The position numbers and the translations under genes are program-made. From an uncultured Thermococci archaeon (GTDB lineage: Archaea; Methanobacteriota_B; Thermococci; Methanofastidiosales; B48-G16): a DNA stretch of 64,000 nucleotides. This document shows positions 9,082 to 18,788 of the stretch, in pieces. The DNA is taken from assembly GCA_964595645.1 (NCBI GenBank), contig CAZQQT010000005.1, forward strand, positions 104,999 through 168,998, read 5' to 3'. Position 1 is the first letter of the stretch. The number at the start of each line of letters is the position of its first letter. The notes beneath the pieces were generated by a model, which did not search any database, had not been told where the DNA came from, and worked only from the letters and a program-made list of their open reading frames with translations.

Positions 9082-10661
9082 ACGATTACGAGATAGCACA
9101 GAATGCTGAGATGCAGAGGATAGGTGAGATAGCTGAGAAAGTCGATCTCCCCATTGAACCATTGGGCTCATACAAAGCCAAAATTCCACTCCACAGCAGA
9201 AATGCCCGGGGGAAGTTAATACTCGTCACCGCGAGCACACCTACAGCCATGGGCGAAGGAAAAACTACTGTGGCTATCGGCCTATCCCAGGCGCTCTGGA
9301 ACGTAGGGAAAAAAAGCATTGTGACAGTACGGGAACCCTCCCTTGGTCCTGTGTTTGGAATAAAAGGAGGTGCATGCGGCGGAGGTTACGCCCAGATCGT
9401 TCCCATGGATGATATCAACCTCCACTTCACTGGTGATATGCACGCAATCACCTCTGCTCACAATTTACTCTCTGCACTTATCTCTAACGATCTCTATCGT
9501 GGCAATACACTGAACCTGAAGACCGTGGAATGGAATAGAGTCATGGATATGAACGATCGTGCCCTTCGGAGAGTGATTGTTGGAATCGATTCGTATATGC
9601 AGGAAGATTCCTTTGCAATTACCGCTGCCTCGGAAATTATGGCGATTCTCTGTCTTTCACAAGATCGTGAGGATTTGAAAAGGAGAATAGCAGATATTAT
9701 TGTAGGATACACCTTTGATGAAAAGATCGTGAGAACAGAGGATCTGAATGCGGAAGGGGCAATGGCTATTCTTTTAGAGGATGCAATTAAGCCCAATCTA
9801 GTGCAGACCCTTGAGAACACGCCTGCCATTGTGCATGGCGGCCCTTTTGCAAATATCGCTCATGGCACGAACTCTCTTATCGCCACAAAAATTGCGCTGC
9901 AGCACTCGGAGTACACCGTGACTGAAGCAGGATTTGGATCGGACCTCGGCGCTGAGAAATTCTTCAATATATTCTGTAGGGCTGCAGAAGAGACGGTTGA
10001 CTGTATTGTTCTCACCACGACAGTACGTTCTCTCAAAGAGCAGGGAGACACACTGGAAGACGGCTTTGAGAATCTCAAACACCACATAGAGAATATACAG
10101 CAGTTTGGAGTACCATTAGTTGTGGCGATAAATCGGTTTCCAGACGATACGGACGATGAGATCGGACTGATCCGAACATTGTGCGTGAGAGAAGGTGTGG
10201 ATGCTGTTGAATGCAACGTGTATCAGAAAGGAGGCGAAGGGGGAACTGTCCTCGGTGAGAAGGTCATTGAACTCTGCGAAAAAAAGAACGACTTTGAATT
10301 TTTATATGATCCAAAAGAGAGTATTAAGAAAAAAATAGAGAAAATAGCGACGAATGTGTACGGTGCAAGCTCCGTGAGGTATAGGAAGAAGGCGAGGAAT
10401 ATGATAAAGACACTCGAGTCACATGGGCTTGATGATAAGATGATCTGCATGGCAAAAACGCAGTACTCCTTCACCGACGATCCAAAAAAACGTGGTGCAC
10501 CGACGGACTTTTCCATCACCGTAAGGGATATGAAGCTCGCCAACGGCGCCGGATTCATCGTTCCTCTCTGCGGAAATATCATGACCATGCCCGGGCTCCC
10601 GAAGAAACCTGCTGCTATGGACATGAGTATTGCCGATGGAAAAATAGAGGGACTTTTCTAA
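9078..10661 (+). CDS. fhs: Formate--tetrahydrofolate ligase
   Basis: TPTAMGEGKTT, REPSLGPVFGIKGGACGGGY, INLHFTGD, HGGPFANIAHG, TEAGFGSDLGAEKF, MAKTQYSF, MTMPGLP. Confidence 0.96.
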   Translation: MNDYEIAQNAEMQRIGEIAEKVDLPIEPLGSYKAKIPLHSRNARGKLILVTASTPTAMGEGKTTVAIGLSQALWNVGKKSIVTVREPSLGPVFGIKGGACGGGYAQIVPMDDINLHFTGDMHAITSAHNLLSALISNDLYRGNTLNLKTVEWNRVMDMNDRALRRVIVGIDSYMQEDSFAITAASEIMAILCLSQDREDLKRRIADIIVGYTFDEKIVRTEDLNAEGAMAILLEDAIKPNLVQTLENTPAIVHGGPFANIAHGTNSLIATKIALQHSEYTVTEAGFGSDLGAEKFFNIFCRAAEETVDCIVLTTTVRSLKEQGDTLEDGFENLKHHIENIQQFGVPLVVAINRFPDDTDDEIGLIRTLCVREGVDAVECNVYQKGGEGGTVLGEKVIELCEKKNDFEFLYDPKESIKKKIEKIATNVYGASSVRYRKKARNMIKTLESHGLDDKMICMAKTQYSFTDDPKKRGAPTDFSITVRDMKLANGAGFIVPLCGNIMTMPGLPKKPAAMDMSIADGKIEGLF

Positions 10662-10671
10662 CCCTTATTTT

Positions 10672-11433
10672 TTATTTTCCACACCTTGTTTTTTCGTCAC
10701 ATGCCCTATTTTCATAGAGGGTCATGCCTCTTACCAGTGTCTTTTCGATTTTTCTCTGTACATTCATCCCGTCAAAAATCGTGACATGGGATTTGTGAAC
10801 ATATCCTCGTTTTTCAGCGTGTATGTCTTTTTCATATCTACAATTACGAGATCGGCATCCTCGCCCACAGAAATGTATCCTTTCTGCGGATAAATACCAA
10901 ATCGTTTTGCAGGTGAGCTAGATGTGACCTCTACAAGTCTTTTCAGCGTTGTTCTCTTCTTGTTTACAGCGTGAAGCATTAGAGGAAGCAGTCTCTACTC
11001 CAAGAGTTCCAGAGCCACACTCGAAGCTGCTGTTGTCGTACCATGTCATGTCTTTCTCTTCTTGAGTGTATGGAGAGTGGTCGCTGGCAACTATATCGAT
11101 GGTTCCACTGTTCAAGGCATCCCACGTTGTAGCAACATCCCTCTTTGTTTGTAAGGGCGGATTTACTTTTGCCCACGGGCCGATTTTTTCCCGTAGTGTT
11201 TAACTGCACATTGAATGCCACTATTGAAGTGATACCTCTAGAGGCAGTAACTTGTGTTCCAGTAATGAAATCTTCCCTATACGCGTAGGTTAGATCGAGT
11301 ATATAGGTGTGTACATCTACTCCTCTAGGAATAACTATTTTCTTTGAGGCGTCTATTGTCTTCTCAGCTCGAGAGAGAACATTTTTTTATGAATCCCTAC
11401 TATTTTCCCTTTATCTATATTCAGATCCACCAT
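10672..11433 (-). pseudogene. Degraded cyclic amidohydrolase (allantoinase/dihydropyrimidinase/dihydroorotase family)
   Basis: Pieces in shifting frames: MVDLNIDKGKIVGI / AEKTIDASKKIVIPRGVDVHTY..REDFITGT..RGITSIV / GPWAKVNPPLQ..WDALNSGTIDIVASDHSP..GVET / PAKRFGIYPQKGYISVGEDADLVIVD / TIFDG..TLVRG; several frameshifts and a large central deletion. Confidence 0.85.
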
Positions 11434-11543
11434 GATTTCACCTTCTCTTCTCTCTATTCTTCTATTATTAAGATTTTTCATATTACTTTAGAAAAGTATT
11501 ATAATATGCTTGTAGAGAGAACAAATAAGCGAAGAGGGATATC

Positions 11544-11676
11544 ATGAGATTTGAAGAGTTGAATTTTGAAGAGGCACCAAAAATTATCACGGAACTTCTT
11601 GGAAAGAGAACTGGCAGACAAAGGAATAGGAAGAGTTGCGGAGGCTATAGAGGAGGTGGAGCGTAATGAAGGATAA
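11544..11676 (+). pseudogene. Probable remnant of a creatininase-family gene (N- and C-termini only)
   Basis: Purine-rich leader then MRFEELNFEEAPKII; a shifted frame gives ELADKGIGRVAEAIEEVERNEG* overlapping the next start; these resemble creatininase termini. Confidence 0.4.
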
Positions 11677-13042
11677 CAAAATGTACTCTGGTGCCTCACC
11701 GATGGAGGTAAAGGAAGATCTGAAACTCCTCGTTGATTTCGAGGACGAGGGACTCACTCTCGATGAGCTTTCTTCACTTATCGAAGAGAGACTCGTTCCG
11801 CATCTTATGCGGTATAATCTCCCTGGATTTCAATCAATGTTTAATATGGTGCCGGAGAAAGGAGCGAAGCTCGGTTCAAAGATTGCTCTTCAACATAATC
11901 AAGGAGTAACAAACTGGCAGGTATCACCAGGAGGTGCAGCGCTTGAGGAACTTTGTTGTGAGGCGCTGTGTGCCCTCTTTGGGTTTTCTTCTGGTGCTGA
12001 CGCCACCTTCATGTACTCCGGTACCTATGCGAATCAAGAAGCCATCTATCTGGCGCTCCATCGGAAAGCAGAGGAACACGGATTTGATCTCGGAAAAAAA
12101 GGAATAAAAGGATTCTCAGATCCGAGTCTTCTAGCAGTAATAACCTCAAAAGATGCGCATTTCTCAGTAATCCATGCGCTTCGTATGCTGGGGCTTGGTG
12201 AGGAGAGTATTGTGTCTGTGGATCTCAATGAGAACTTTCGTATGGATCTTGATCATCTGAAAGAAACTATCGAGACGTGTAAGAATCAAGAGATTTTCTG
12301 TGTAGTTGCCACCGCTGGTACTACTTCTACAGGTGCTGTGGATCCAATAAAACCCATTGTATCTTTCTGTAAAGAAATTGGAGCATGGTTGCATGTGGAC
12401 GGTGCGTATGGGCTGGCTTACAGTCTCGTTTCTGGATGGAAACATCTTTTTGAAGGAGTAACTGACGCAGACTCCGTTTGTTGGGATCCGCATAAACAGA
12501 TGGGCGTTCCCATTCCATCTTCTGTACTTTTTGTCCGCCAGAAAGAAAATTTTCGAAGAATGACAGTGCACAGTCACTATTTTAACATATCTGGAGATCC
12601 TAGACCAAACCCCGGATTGAAGTCTCCTCCTTCTACACGCCCAATGTCTGCACTGCCACTGGTTGCGACTATTCGGCATCTCGGATTGAAGAAACTCATT
12701 GAGCGGCTTCAAACGCCTCTTAATGTAGTGAAAAATATAGCAGAGAAACTTAGAGAGTACAAAGATATCGAAGTGTGTCTCTCCCCGGATCTTGGCATTC
12801 TTTGTTTTCGTGTCATTCCGGAGGGAATTTCAGAAGAAAAATTGAATTATATACAACAGTATCTTTATCGTAGAGTCATGAGTGAGGGGAGACGTACTAT
12901 CTCTCTCACAGAGTTGAATGGTAGAACGGTGTTACGACTTGTTGCAGTTTCTCCTTCTGTTACTGAGAAGACGTTGATAGGAACAATAGACTACGTCAGG
13001 AACCTAGCCAAGGAGTATACAAGAAGAAAGGAGAAGAGATGA
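11666..13042 (+). CDS. Group II PLP-dependent amino acid decarboxylase
   Basis: SGTYAN, AHFSV, VVATAGTTSTGAVD, WLHVDGAYG, WDPHK (PLP lysine); SD ggaggtg. Confidence 0.9.
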   Translation: MKDNKMYSGASPMEVKEDLKLLVDFEDEGLTLDELSSLIEERLVPHLMRYNLPGFQSMFNMVPEKGAKLGSKIALQHNQGVTNWQVSPGGAALEELCCEALCALFGFSSGADATFMYSGTYANQEAIYLALHRKAEEHGFDLGKKGIKGFSDPSLLAVITSKDAHFSVIHALRMLGLGEESIVSVDLNENFRMDLDHLKETIETCKNQEIFCVVATAGTTSTGAVDPIKPIVSFCKEIGAWLHVDGAYGLAYSLVSGWKHLFEGVTDADSVCWDPHKQMGVPIPSSVLFVRQKENFRRMTVHSHYFNISGDPRPNPGLKSPPSTRPMSALPLVATIRHLGLKKLIERLQTPLNVVKNIAEKLREYKDIEVCLSPDLGILCFRVIPEGISEEKLNYIQQYLYRRVMSEGRRTISLTELNGRTVLRLVAVSPSVTEKTLIGTIDYVRNLAKEYTRRKEKR

Positions 13043-13046
13043 TCGC

Positions 13047-13697
13047 TTGAGAATATTCGTGATAAACCCCAATAGTGATCGGAGAATGACAGAGGCTATC
13101 TGTCGAACGGCAAATAGTTTCGCAGGGGATCATGAGATCATGTGTAGATCAGTGCCAGGGGCACCTACATTCATTGAAACGTATCGTGATGAAGTGGATA
13201 CCGCCCCAGGAATGGTTCAATTGGTACGGGATAATGAAGACGATTACGATGCATTTATTGTTGCTTGTCATTGTGATCCTAACCTTGATCTGATGAAGGA
13301 GATCACAAAAAAACCGGTAGTAGGTATCGGTGAGGCATCCATGAAGATAGCATCCATGTTAGGGCATCGATTTTCTGTGCTCTCATCTACTGCACACTCT
13401 GTTCCGAACAAAGAGGCTTTGATACAAAAGTATCATCTTCAGGGTCTCGTAGCTTCAGTAAGACCAGTAGAGAGCAATGAGAAAGAGAACTACTGCAAAA
13501 CTGCGAGACAGGCAGTGAAAAAAGATAATGCGGAGGTAATCGTCTTGGGATGTGCAGGAATGACAGGACTGGACAGATGGCTGGAGAAACGAGTTAATGT
13601 GCCGGTGTTGGATGGTGTCGTATGTGCATTGATCATTGCTATAGGTCTCGCGAAATATGGTGTATCAACGAGTAAAGTCAGACGATATAGAGGCTGA
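13047..13697 (+). CDS. Hydantoin/allantoin racemase (Asp/Glu/hydantoin racemase family)
   Basis: INPNS..MT, IVACHCDP, PVVGIGEA, VLGCAGM, VPVLDGV. Confidence 0.9.
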   Translation: MRIFVINPNSDRRMTEAICRTANSFAGDHEIMCRSVPGAPTFIETYRDEVDTAPGMVQLVRDNEDDYDAFIVACHCDPNLDLMKEITKKPVVGIGEASMKIASMLGHRFSVLSSTAHSVPNKEALIQKYHLQGLVASVRPVESNEKENYCKTARQAVKKDNAEVIVLGCAGMTGLDRWLEKRVNVPVLDGVVCALIIAIGLAKYGVSTSKVRRYRG

Positions 13698-13774
13698 TCC
13701 ATTACCACAGTTGTTCAACAACCCTTACACTATTATACCAAAAAGCTTATATAGTCTCATACAGTATCCCATTT

Positions 13775-14602
13775 ATGATGCTTAGAGATCTCACCTTTTT
13801 CCAGCTCGAAATCTTAAAGGAATTAAAATTTGGGCCCAAATATGGACTGGAGCTTATAAAAACGTTAAATGTTTCTTCGGGAAGGCTCTACCCTAATTTA
13901 AAGCGTCTGGAAAAGTTGGGGCTCATAGAAGGAAAGAAACGAGATAACCGAATTTATTACTCCCTCTCAGAGGAGGGGCTTCAGGAATTTCATAACATTT
14001 TTCGCTGGATAGCAGATTATATTCTTTCCATCGGAGTGAGCATGCTGGATGATTACCTAAATTTTATTATTGGCGCTCTTGATCTTCATGAAGGCGAAAA
14101 AATTTTTATCATGTCAAAAAAACGTCCAATGCATCCTTTTCTCATGCGCATGGGATTGCAGTTCATTCGAGAGATATTAAAAAAGGTCACCATCTCCGGA
14201 AGGATCTTCATGCTCAAGGGAACAGGAGTCCACGATGCTGATCTCCCTGACATAGAGGATGTAGATCTTTCTCCTGTGACGTTTGTGGAGGATTTTGAAG
14301 CACTTCCAAACAATATTGTGGACAAATCATGTGTGCTGTTAATGGATCCTGATGAAGCAATCATCAAGGGATGTGAGAGGATCACACGTTCTGAAATAAA
14401 GATCATCGGGAAGCTTTACAGTGATTTTTTCATTGAGCGATGCTTCCGGACTACACTTGATCAGATAAAACAGGAAATGATTCCTCCCTTCCTGATAGGA
14501 TTTAAAAAGGAAGAACTCCTGAAAAAACTGGAAGAAATGGGGTATGAGAATGTAGGATTCTCGTCATGGGGAGGAGCCTTTGTTGCAAGCATCTCTCTTT
14601 AA
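13775..14602 (+). CDS. PadR-family transcriptional regulator with C-terminal methyltransferase-like domain
   Basis: N-terminal wHTH GPKYGLELIK..SSGRLYPNLKRLEKLGLI..RIYYSLSEEG; TATA cttatata upstream. Confidence 0.75.
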   Translation: MMLRDLTFFQLEILKELKFGPKYGLELIKTLNVSSGRLYPNLKRLEKLGLIEGKKRDNRIYYSLSEEGLQEFHNIFRWIADYILSIGVSMLDDYLNFIIGALDLHEGEKIFIMSKKRPMHPFLMRMGLQFIREILKKVTISGRIFMLKGTGVHDADLPDIEDVDLSPVTFVEDFEALPNNIVDKSCVLLMDPDEAIIKGCERITRSEIKIIGKLYSDFFIERCFRTTLDQIKQEMIPPFLIGFKKEELLKKLEEMGYENVGFSSWGGAFVASISL

Positions 14603-14637
14603 GTAACATTTTTAAACCGATCCTCCAAGATGTACTG

Positions 14638-16545
14638 ATGTCATCACTGCTCGGTGTAGATGTAGGCGGGACGTTCACGGATTTTATTTTTATCAGAGAT
14701 GGCAGAGTCGAGACGCTGAAAATTCCTTCTACACCGAAAAATCCTGCAGAGGCAGTGATTGAAGGAGTAGAACGGTTGGGGGGTGCAGAGAATGTTGCTC
14801 ACGGCACCACCCACGCAACGAATATTTTAATAGAAAAAAAAGGCGCAAAGATTGCACTGCTCACCACAGAGGGGTTTGAGGACGTGCTGGAAATAGGAAG
14901 ACAGAATAGGCCGGAACTTTACAATTTCTTCACAGAAAAACCAAAACCTCTCGTGGACAAAAAGGATAGATACGGTATTGAGGAAAGAATTAGTGCGGAA
15001 GGAAAAATAATAAAGCCGTTAAATGAAAAAATTCTGAAAAAAATGGATTTTAGTGAGTATGATGCGGTCACTGTGTGTTTTTTGTTTTCGTATGTGAATC
15101 CAGTACACGAAAAAGAGATAAAAAAGATACTTGATGTTCCTGTCTCACTGTCCTCTGAGGTACTCCCTGAGTTTAGAGAGTATGAGCGAATGTCTACCAC
15201 TGTGGTAAACACCTACGTCATGCCTGCCATGCGTCGTTACCTTTCATTTCTTGAGGATTCGTTGGATGCGAAGCTCACTGTTATCCAGTCGAATGGGAAT
15301 ACGATCTCCTCGGAAAACGCTCGAGCAGTCCCGGCGAAGACGATACTCTCCGGTCCGGCAGCTGGTGTGAGGGTCGCCATCTTCCTCGCAGAGAAGATAG
15401 GATTTGAAAATGTTATTTCTATGGATATGGGTGGGACATCCTGCGATGTCTCACTCATCGAGAACGGAACTCCTACTCTCACGACCGAATCGATAATAGA
15501 TGGATACCCTATTAAGTTCCCTTCAATAGATATCCATACCGTAGGTGCGGGTGGAGGGAGCATTGCGTGGGTGGATGAGGGGCTCTTGCGGGTTGGCCCT
15601 GAGAGTATGGGTGCAGATCCCGGTCCCGCATGTTACGATCTCGGCGGTGAGCGTCCCACTGTCACTGATGCCAACCTACTTCTGGGATACTTACCGAGAA
15701 CACTGGCTGACGGTACACCCTTAAACAAGGAGAAGAGTTTCCAGGCGATTGAGAAGTTAGGTGAGAGGCTCGATCTCGATCCAATTGAGACAGCGTGGGG
15801 CATTCTAAAGGTAGCGGATTCCAATATGTCCAGTGCCATCAGAGTCGTCTCTGTACAGAAGGGTCACGATCCCCGAGATTTTTCCCTTTTTGTGTTTGGA
15901 GGTGCCGGACCATTACATTCAGGGAGAATTGCAGAGGATCTCGGTATCACTACAGTACTGATTCCCCAACATTCCGGTGTGCTCTCAGCCCTTGGCACCC
16001 TCGTCTCTACGCCTGCCTGCGATTTCGTTCGGTCTGTCGTCACACCATTGAGGGAGAGCGATTCGAAGGAACTGGAGGAGTATTATGAACAAATGGAAGA
16101 GGAGGGAACGTCGATTGTAGAAAATGTGGAGCGAATAGAGCTTTCCATGGATTTACGATACAAAGGACAGAGTTATGAGATTAAAGTTCCTGTGCAATCC
16201 TTCAATTTCGATGAAATAGAAAATAATTTTCATAGAGCACATAAAAAGCTCTACGGATACACGAGTGAGGAAGTGGAGCTTGTCAACCTCAGAAGTAAAG
16301 TATTTGGAGAAAAACCTTCTATAGAGCTAAAGAAGGCTGAGAAAAAGAAACTGGAGAGCTACAGACGAGAAGCGTACTTTGGAGAGATGAAGAAAGTTCC
16401 GGTGTACCAATATGGAACACTTTCCCCCGAGATGACGGTAGAGGGCCCCTGCGTGATAGAAGGTACTGAAACAACAGTGCTGGTCCGTCCGCACGAGATG
16501 GTCCGTGTCGATCCGTATCTCAACCTTATTTTGAGGAGGCGGTAG
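14638..16545 (+). CDS. hyuA: Hydantoinase A / 5-oxoprolinase subunit (ATP-binding)
   Basis: GVDVGGTFTD, HGTT, REYERMSTT, LSGPAAG, DMGGTSCD, GAGGGSIA, GADPGPACY, FGGAGPLH; ATG 14638 follows TATA tttttaaa. Confidence 0.92.
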   Translation: MSSLLGVDVGGTFTDFIFIRDGRVETLKIPSTPKNPAEAVIEGVERLGGAENVAHGTTHATNILIEKKGAKIALLTTEGFEDVLEIGRQNRPELYNFFTEKPKPLVDKKDRYGIEERISAEGKIIKPLNEKILKKMDFSEYDAVTVCFLFSYVNPVHEKEIKKILDVPVSLSSEVLPEFREYERMSTTVVNTYVMPAMRRYLSFLEDSLDAKLTVIQSNGNTISSENARAVPAKTILSGPAAGVRVAIFLAEKIGFENVISMDMGGTSCDVSLIENGTPTLTTESIIDGYPIKFPSIDIHTVGAGGGSIAWVDEGLLRVGPESMGADPGPACYDLGGERPTVTDANLLLGYLPRTLADGTPLNKEKSFQAIEKLGERLDLDPIETAWGILKVADSNMSSAIRVVSVQKGHDPRDFSLFVFGGAGPLHSGRIAEDLGITTVLIPQHSGVLSALGTLVSTPACDFVRSVVTPLRESDSKELEEYYEQMEEEGTSIVENVERIELSMDLRYKGQSYEIKVPVQSFNFDEIENNFHRAHKKLYGYTSEEVELVNLRSKVFGEKPSIELKKAEKKKLESYRREAYFGEMKKVPVYQYGTLSPEMTVEGPCVIEGTETTVLVRPHEMVRVDPYLNLILRRR

Positions 16546-16546
16546 G

Positions 16547-18073
16547 ATGGATCCCATTACTCTCGAAATTGTGAAAAACAAGCTGGTGGGCATTACGGAG
16601 GAAATGGGTGCGTCACTGGTAAGAACGGCATACTCTCCGAACATTAAGGAGAGACGAGATTGTTCATGTGCAATATTTGACAGACACGGCAGATTGATGG
16701 CTCAGGCGGAGCATATACCCGTCCATCTTGGTGCTATGCCTTTTGCAGTTAATAGCATTATGAACAAGGAGTTTAATGAGGGGGATATATTCATCTTAAA
16801 CGATCCATATCTCGGCGGAACACACCTTCCGGATATCACGCTTGTCTCTCCTGTATTCGAGAAAGAGCTCATCGGATTCGCTGTCAGCCGTGCACACCAT
16901 GCCGATGTCGGAGGAAAAACACCCGGAAGTATGCCGTCGGATTCTAAAGAGATCTACGAAGAGGGAATCATTATCCCTCCAATCAAGATCGTCTCAGAAG
17001 GGACCATTCAGCAAGATGTGATGGATCTTATCTTGAGCAACGTGAGGACAGAAAAGGAGCGGAGAGGGGATATCAAGGCGCAAATAGCAGCGAATACTAT
17101 TGGAACCACGAGATTCCGAGAACTTTATAGGGCGTATTCCTCCTTCGATGCGTACGTAGAAGAAGTTCTCCGGTATTCAGAACGGATCATACGAAAAGAA
17201 CTATCTAAAATGCCCAAAATGAAAGTCAAGAGTCAGGATTACCTCGAATGGGACGAAAAGATAGCGATAAAGGTAGAACTGGAGAAAAAGAACGATGAAC
17301 TCTACATTGATTTTTCTGGGACGGCAGAAGACATTCCAGGAAATTTAAACTCTGTAGAGTCAATTACTCTTTCTGCAGTGTACTATACGCTTGTAGGGCT
17401 GATACAGCGGGATCTCATGATAAATGAGGGGTGTTACAGACCGTTGTACGTGACCGTTCCGGAAAAAACGATTGTGAATGCACAGAAACCCCGGGCACTT
17501 GTAGCAGGTAACGTCGAGACCTCGCAGAGGATTGTGGACGTTCTCATGAATGCTTTTTCACAGATAGTACCCGAAAGAGTAATCGCACAATCGCAGGGGA
17601 CCATGAACAATATAATCATTGGTGGGAGCTACAACGGCGAGAATTTTACGTACTATGAGACGATAGGAGGGGGTATGGGTGCATCCTCCTCGAAGGACGG
17701 TGAGAGTGGTGTTCACTCCCATATGACGAATACGCTCAACACACCTATCGAGGCGCTGGAAACAGAGTATCCTCTCTACGTTCGACGGTACGCTCTCCGT
17801 GGGGGATCAGGGGGTCCGGGTGGTCATAGAGGGGGCGATGGGATCATCAAAGAGATTCAAGTACTGACCGACTGCACAATGTCAATTATCTCGGAACGAA
17901 GAAAGATAGCACCTACTGGTCTTTTTGGAGGATTGGATGGAAAAAAGGGGGTGAATCTCCTGAACGGTGAAGAAATTCCCGGAAAATGCACACTAAACTT
18001 AAAAAAGGGAGATATAATCACAATAAAGACTCCGGGAGGGGGAGGGTACGGGAAGATGGGTGGTGTTACATAA
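16547..18073 (+). CDS. hyuB: Hydantoinase B / 5-oxoprolinase subunit
   Basis: RTAYSPNIKERRDCS, HIPVHLG, NDPYLGGTHLPD, AHHADVGG, GNVETSQR, QGTMNN, TPGGGGYG. Confidence 0.92.
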   Translation: MDPITLEIVKNKLVGITEEMGASLVRTAYSPNIKERRDCSCAIFDRHGRLMAQAEHIPVHLGAMPFAVNSIMNKEFNEGDIFILNDPYLGGTHLPDITLVSPVFEKELIGFAVSRAHHADVGGKTPGSMPSDSKEIYEEGIIIPPIKIVSEGTIQQDVMDLILSNVRTEKERRGDIKAQIAANTIGTTRFRELYRAYSSFDAYVEEVLRYSERIIRKELSKMPKMKVKSQDYLEWDEKIAIKVELEKKNDELYIDFSGTAEDIPGNLNSVESITLSAVYYTLVGLIQRDLMINEGCYRPLYVTVPEKTIVNAQKPRALVAGNVETSQRIVDVLMNAFSQIVPERVIAQSQGTMNNIIIGGSYNGENFTYYETIGGGMGASSSKDGESGVHSHMTNTLNTPIEALETEYPLYVRRYALRGGSGGPGGHRGGDGIIKEIQVLTDCTMSIISERRKIAPTGLFGGLDGKKGVNLLNGEEIPGKCTLNLKKGDIITIKTPGGGGYGKMGGVT

Positions 18074-18115
18074 TACATTTATTTCCTCTAATCTGTCAGC
18101 CTCACAGAGCAATAA

Positions 18116-18143
18116 CTTTATATAGCTGTGTATGCATACACAG
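18116..18143 (+). promoter_or_regulatory. vapBC promoter: TATA box followed by perfect 18-bp palindromic operator CTGTGTATGCATACACAG (18126-18143)
   Basis: ctttatata at 18116-18124; the palindrome ends 4 nt before the antitoxin ATG. Confidence 0.75.
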
Positions 18144-18147
18144 TTAC

Positions 18148-18366
18148 ATGGGAACAAAGACAATATCTATAAAGGAAAGCGTGTACGAGATCCTCAAACG
18201 ATCGAAAAGAGAAAACGAGAGCTTCAGTGATGTCATAGAGAGATTAGCGAGGAAAAAAAATATAGACTTAATGAGTTTTTTTGGGGAACTAAAGGGCAAA
18301 GAAGTGTTGGATGCTATAGAAGAGGATTCCAAGAAAATAAGAGAACTCTCAAAAGTGAGATCATGA
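18148..18366 (+). CDS. vapB: VapB-type antitoxin (DUF217/UPF0330-like)
   Basis: MGTKTISIKESVYEILKRSKRENESFSDVIERL; ATGA overlap with the PIN gene. Confidence 0.85.
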   Translation: MGTKTISIKESVYEILKRSKRENESFSDVIERLARKKNIDLMSFFGELKGKEVLDAIEEDSKKIRELSKVRS

Positions 18367-18749
18367 TAGTCTTGGATACAAGTTTTCTCATTGATTTTTT
18401 TCGAGGGGAAGAAGGAACGTTACGCGTTTTCACCGACACGGAGATGACAACCACTGTGATTACATACTACGAAATCTTCTCCGGTGTATTTCACAAAGGA
18501 GCGAAAAGAGAAGAGAAATTTTTTAGAAGATTTTTTTCCGAGATACGGATCTTAAACTTGGATGCACGTGCAGCCGAGCACTCCAGTGAGATAATGGCAA
18601 GACTCCTCAAGATGGGCGTTTCGGTAAACGCACTTGACGTACTTATTGCCGGTATCGCAGTAACTCATGGGGCAAAGACCGTAGTATCGAAAGATACGGA
18701 TTTTTTGGAGATATCGAAGGTGACGGATTTGGACGTGAGTATCTACTGA
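18363..18749 (+). CDS. vapC: VapC PIN-domain ribonuclease toxin
   Basis: IVLDTSFLID, TYYE, DVLIAGIA, SKDTDF acidic PIN residues. Confidence 0.9.
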   Translation: MIVLDTSFLIDFFRGEEGTLRVFTDTEMTTTVITYYEIFSGVFHKGAKREEKFFRRFFSEIRILNLDARAAEHSSEIMARLLKMGVSVNALDVLIAGIAVTHGAKTVVSKDTDFLEISKVTDLDVSIY

Positions 18750-18788
18750 GAGGAAAGCTGATCCGTACAGTGAGCAGTATTCTTTGAG

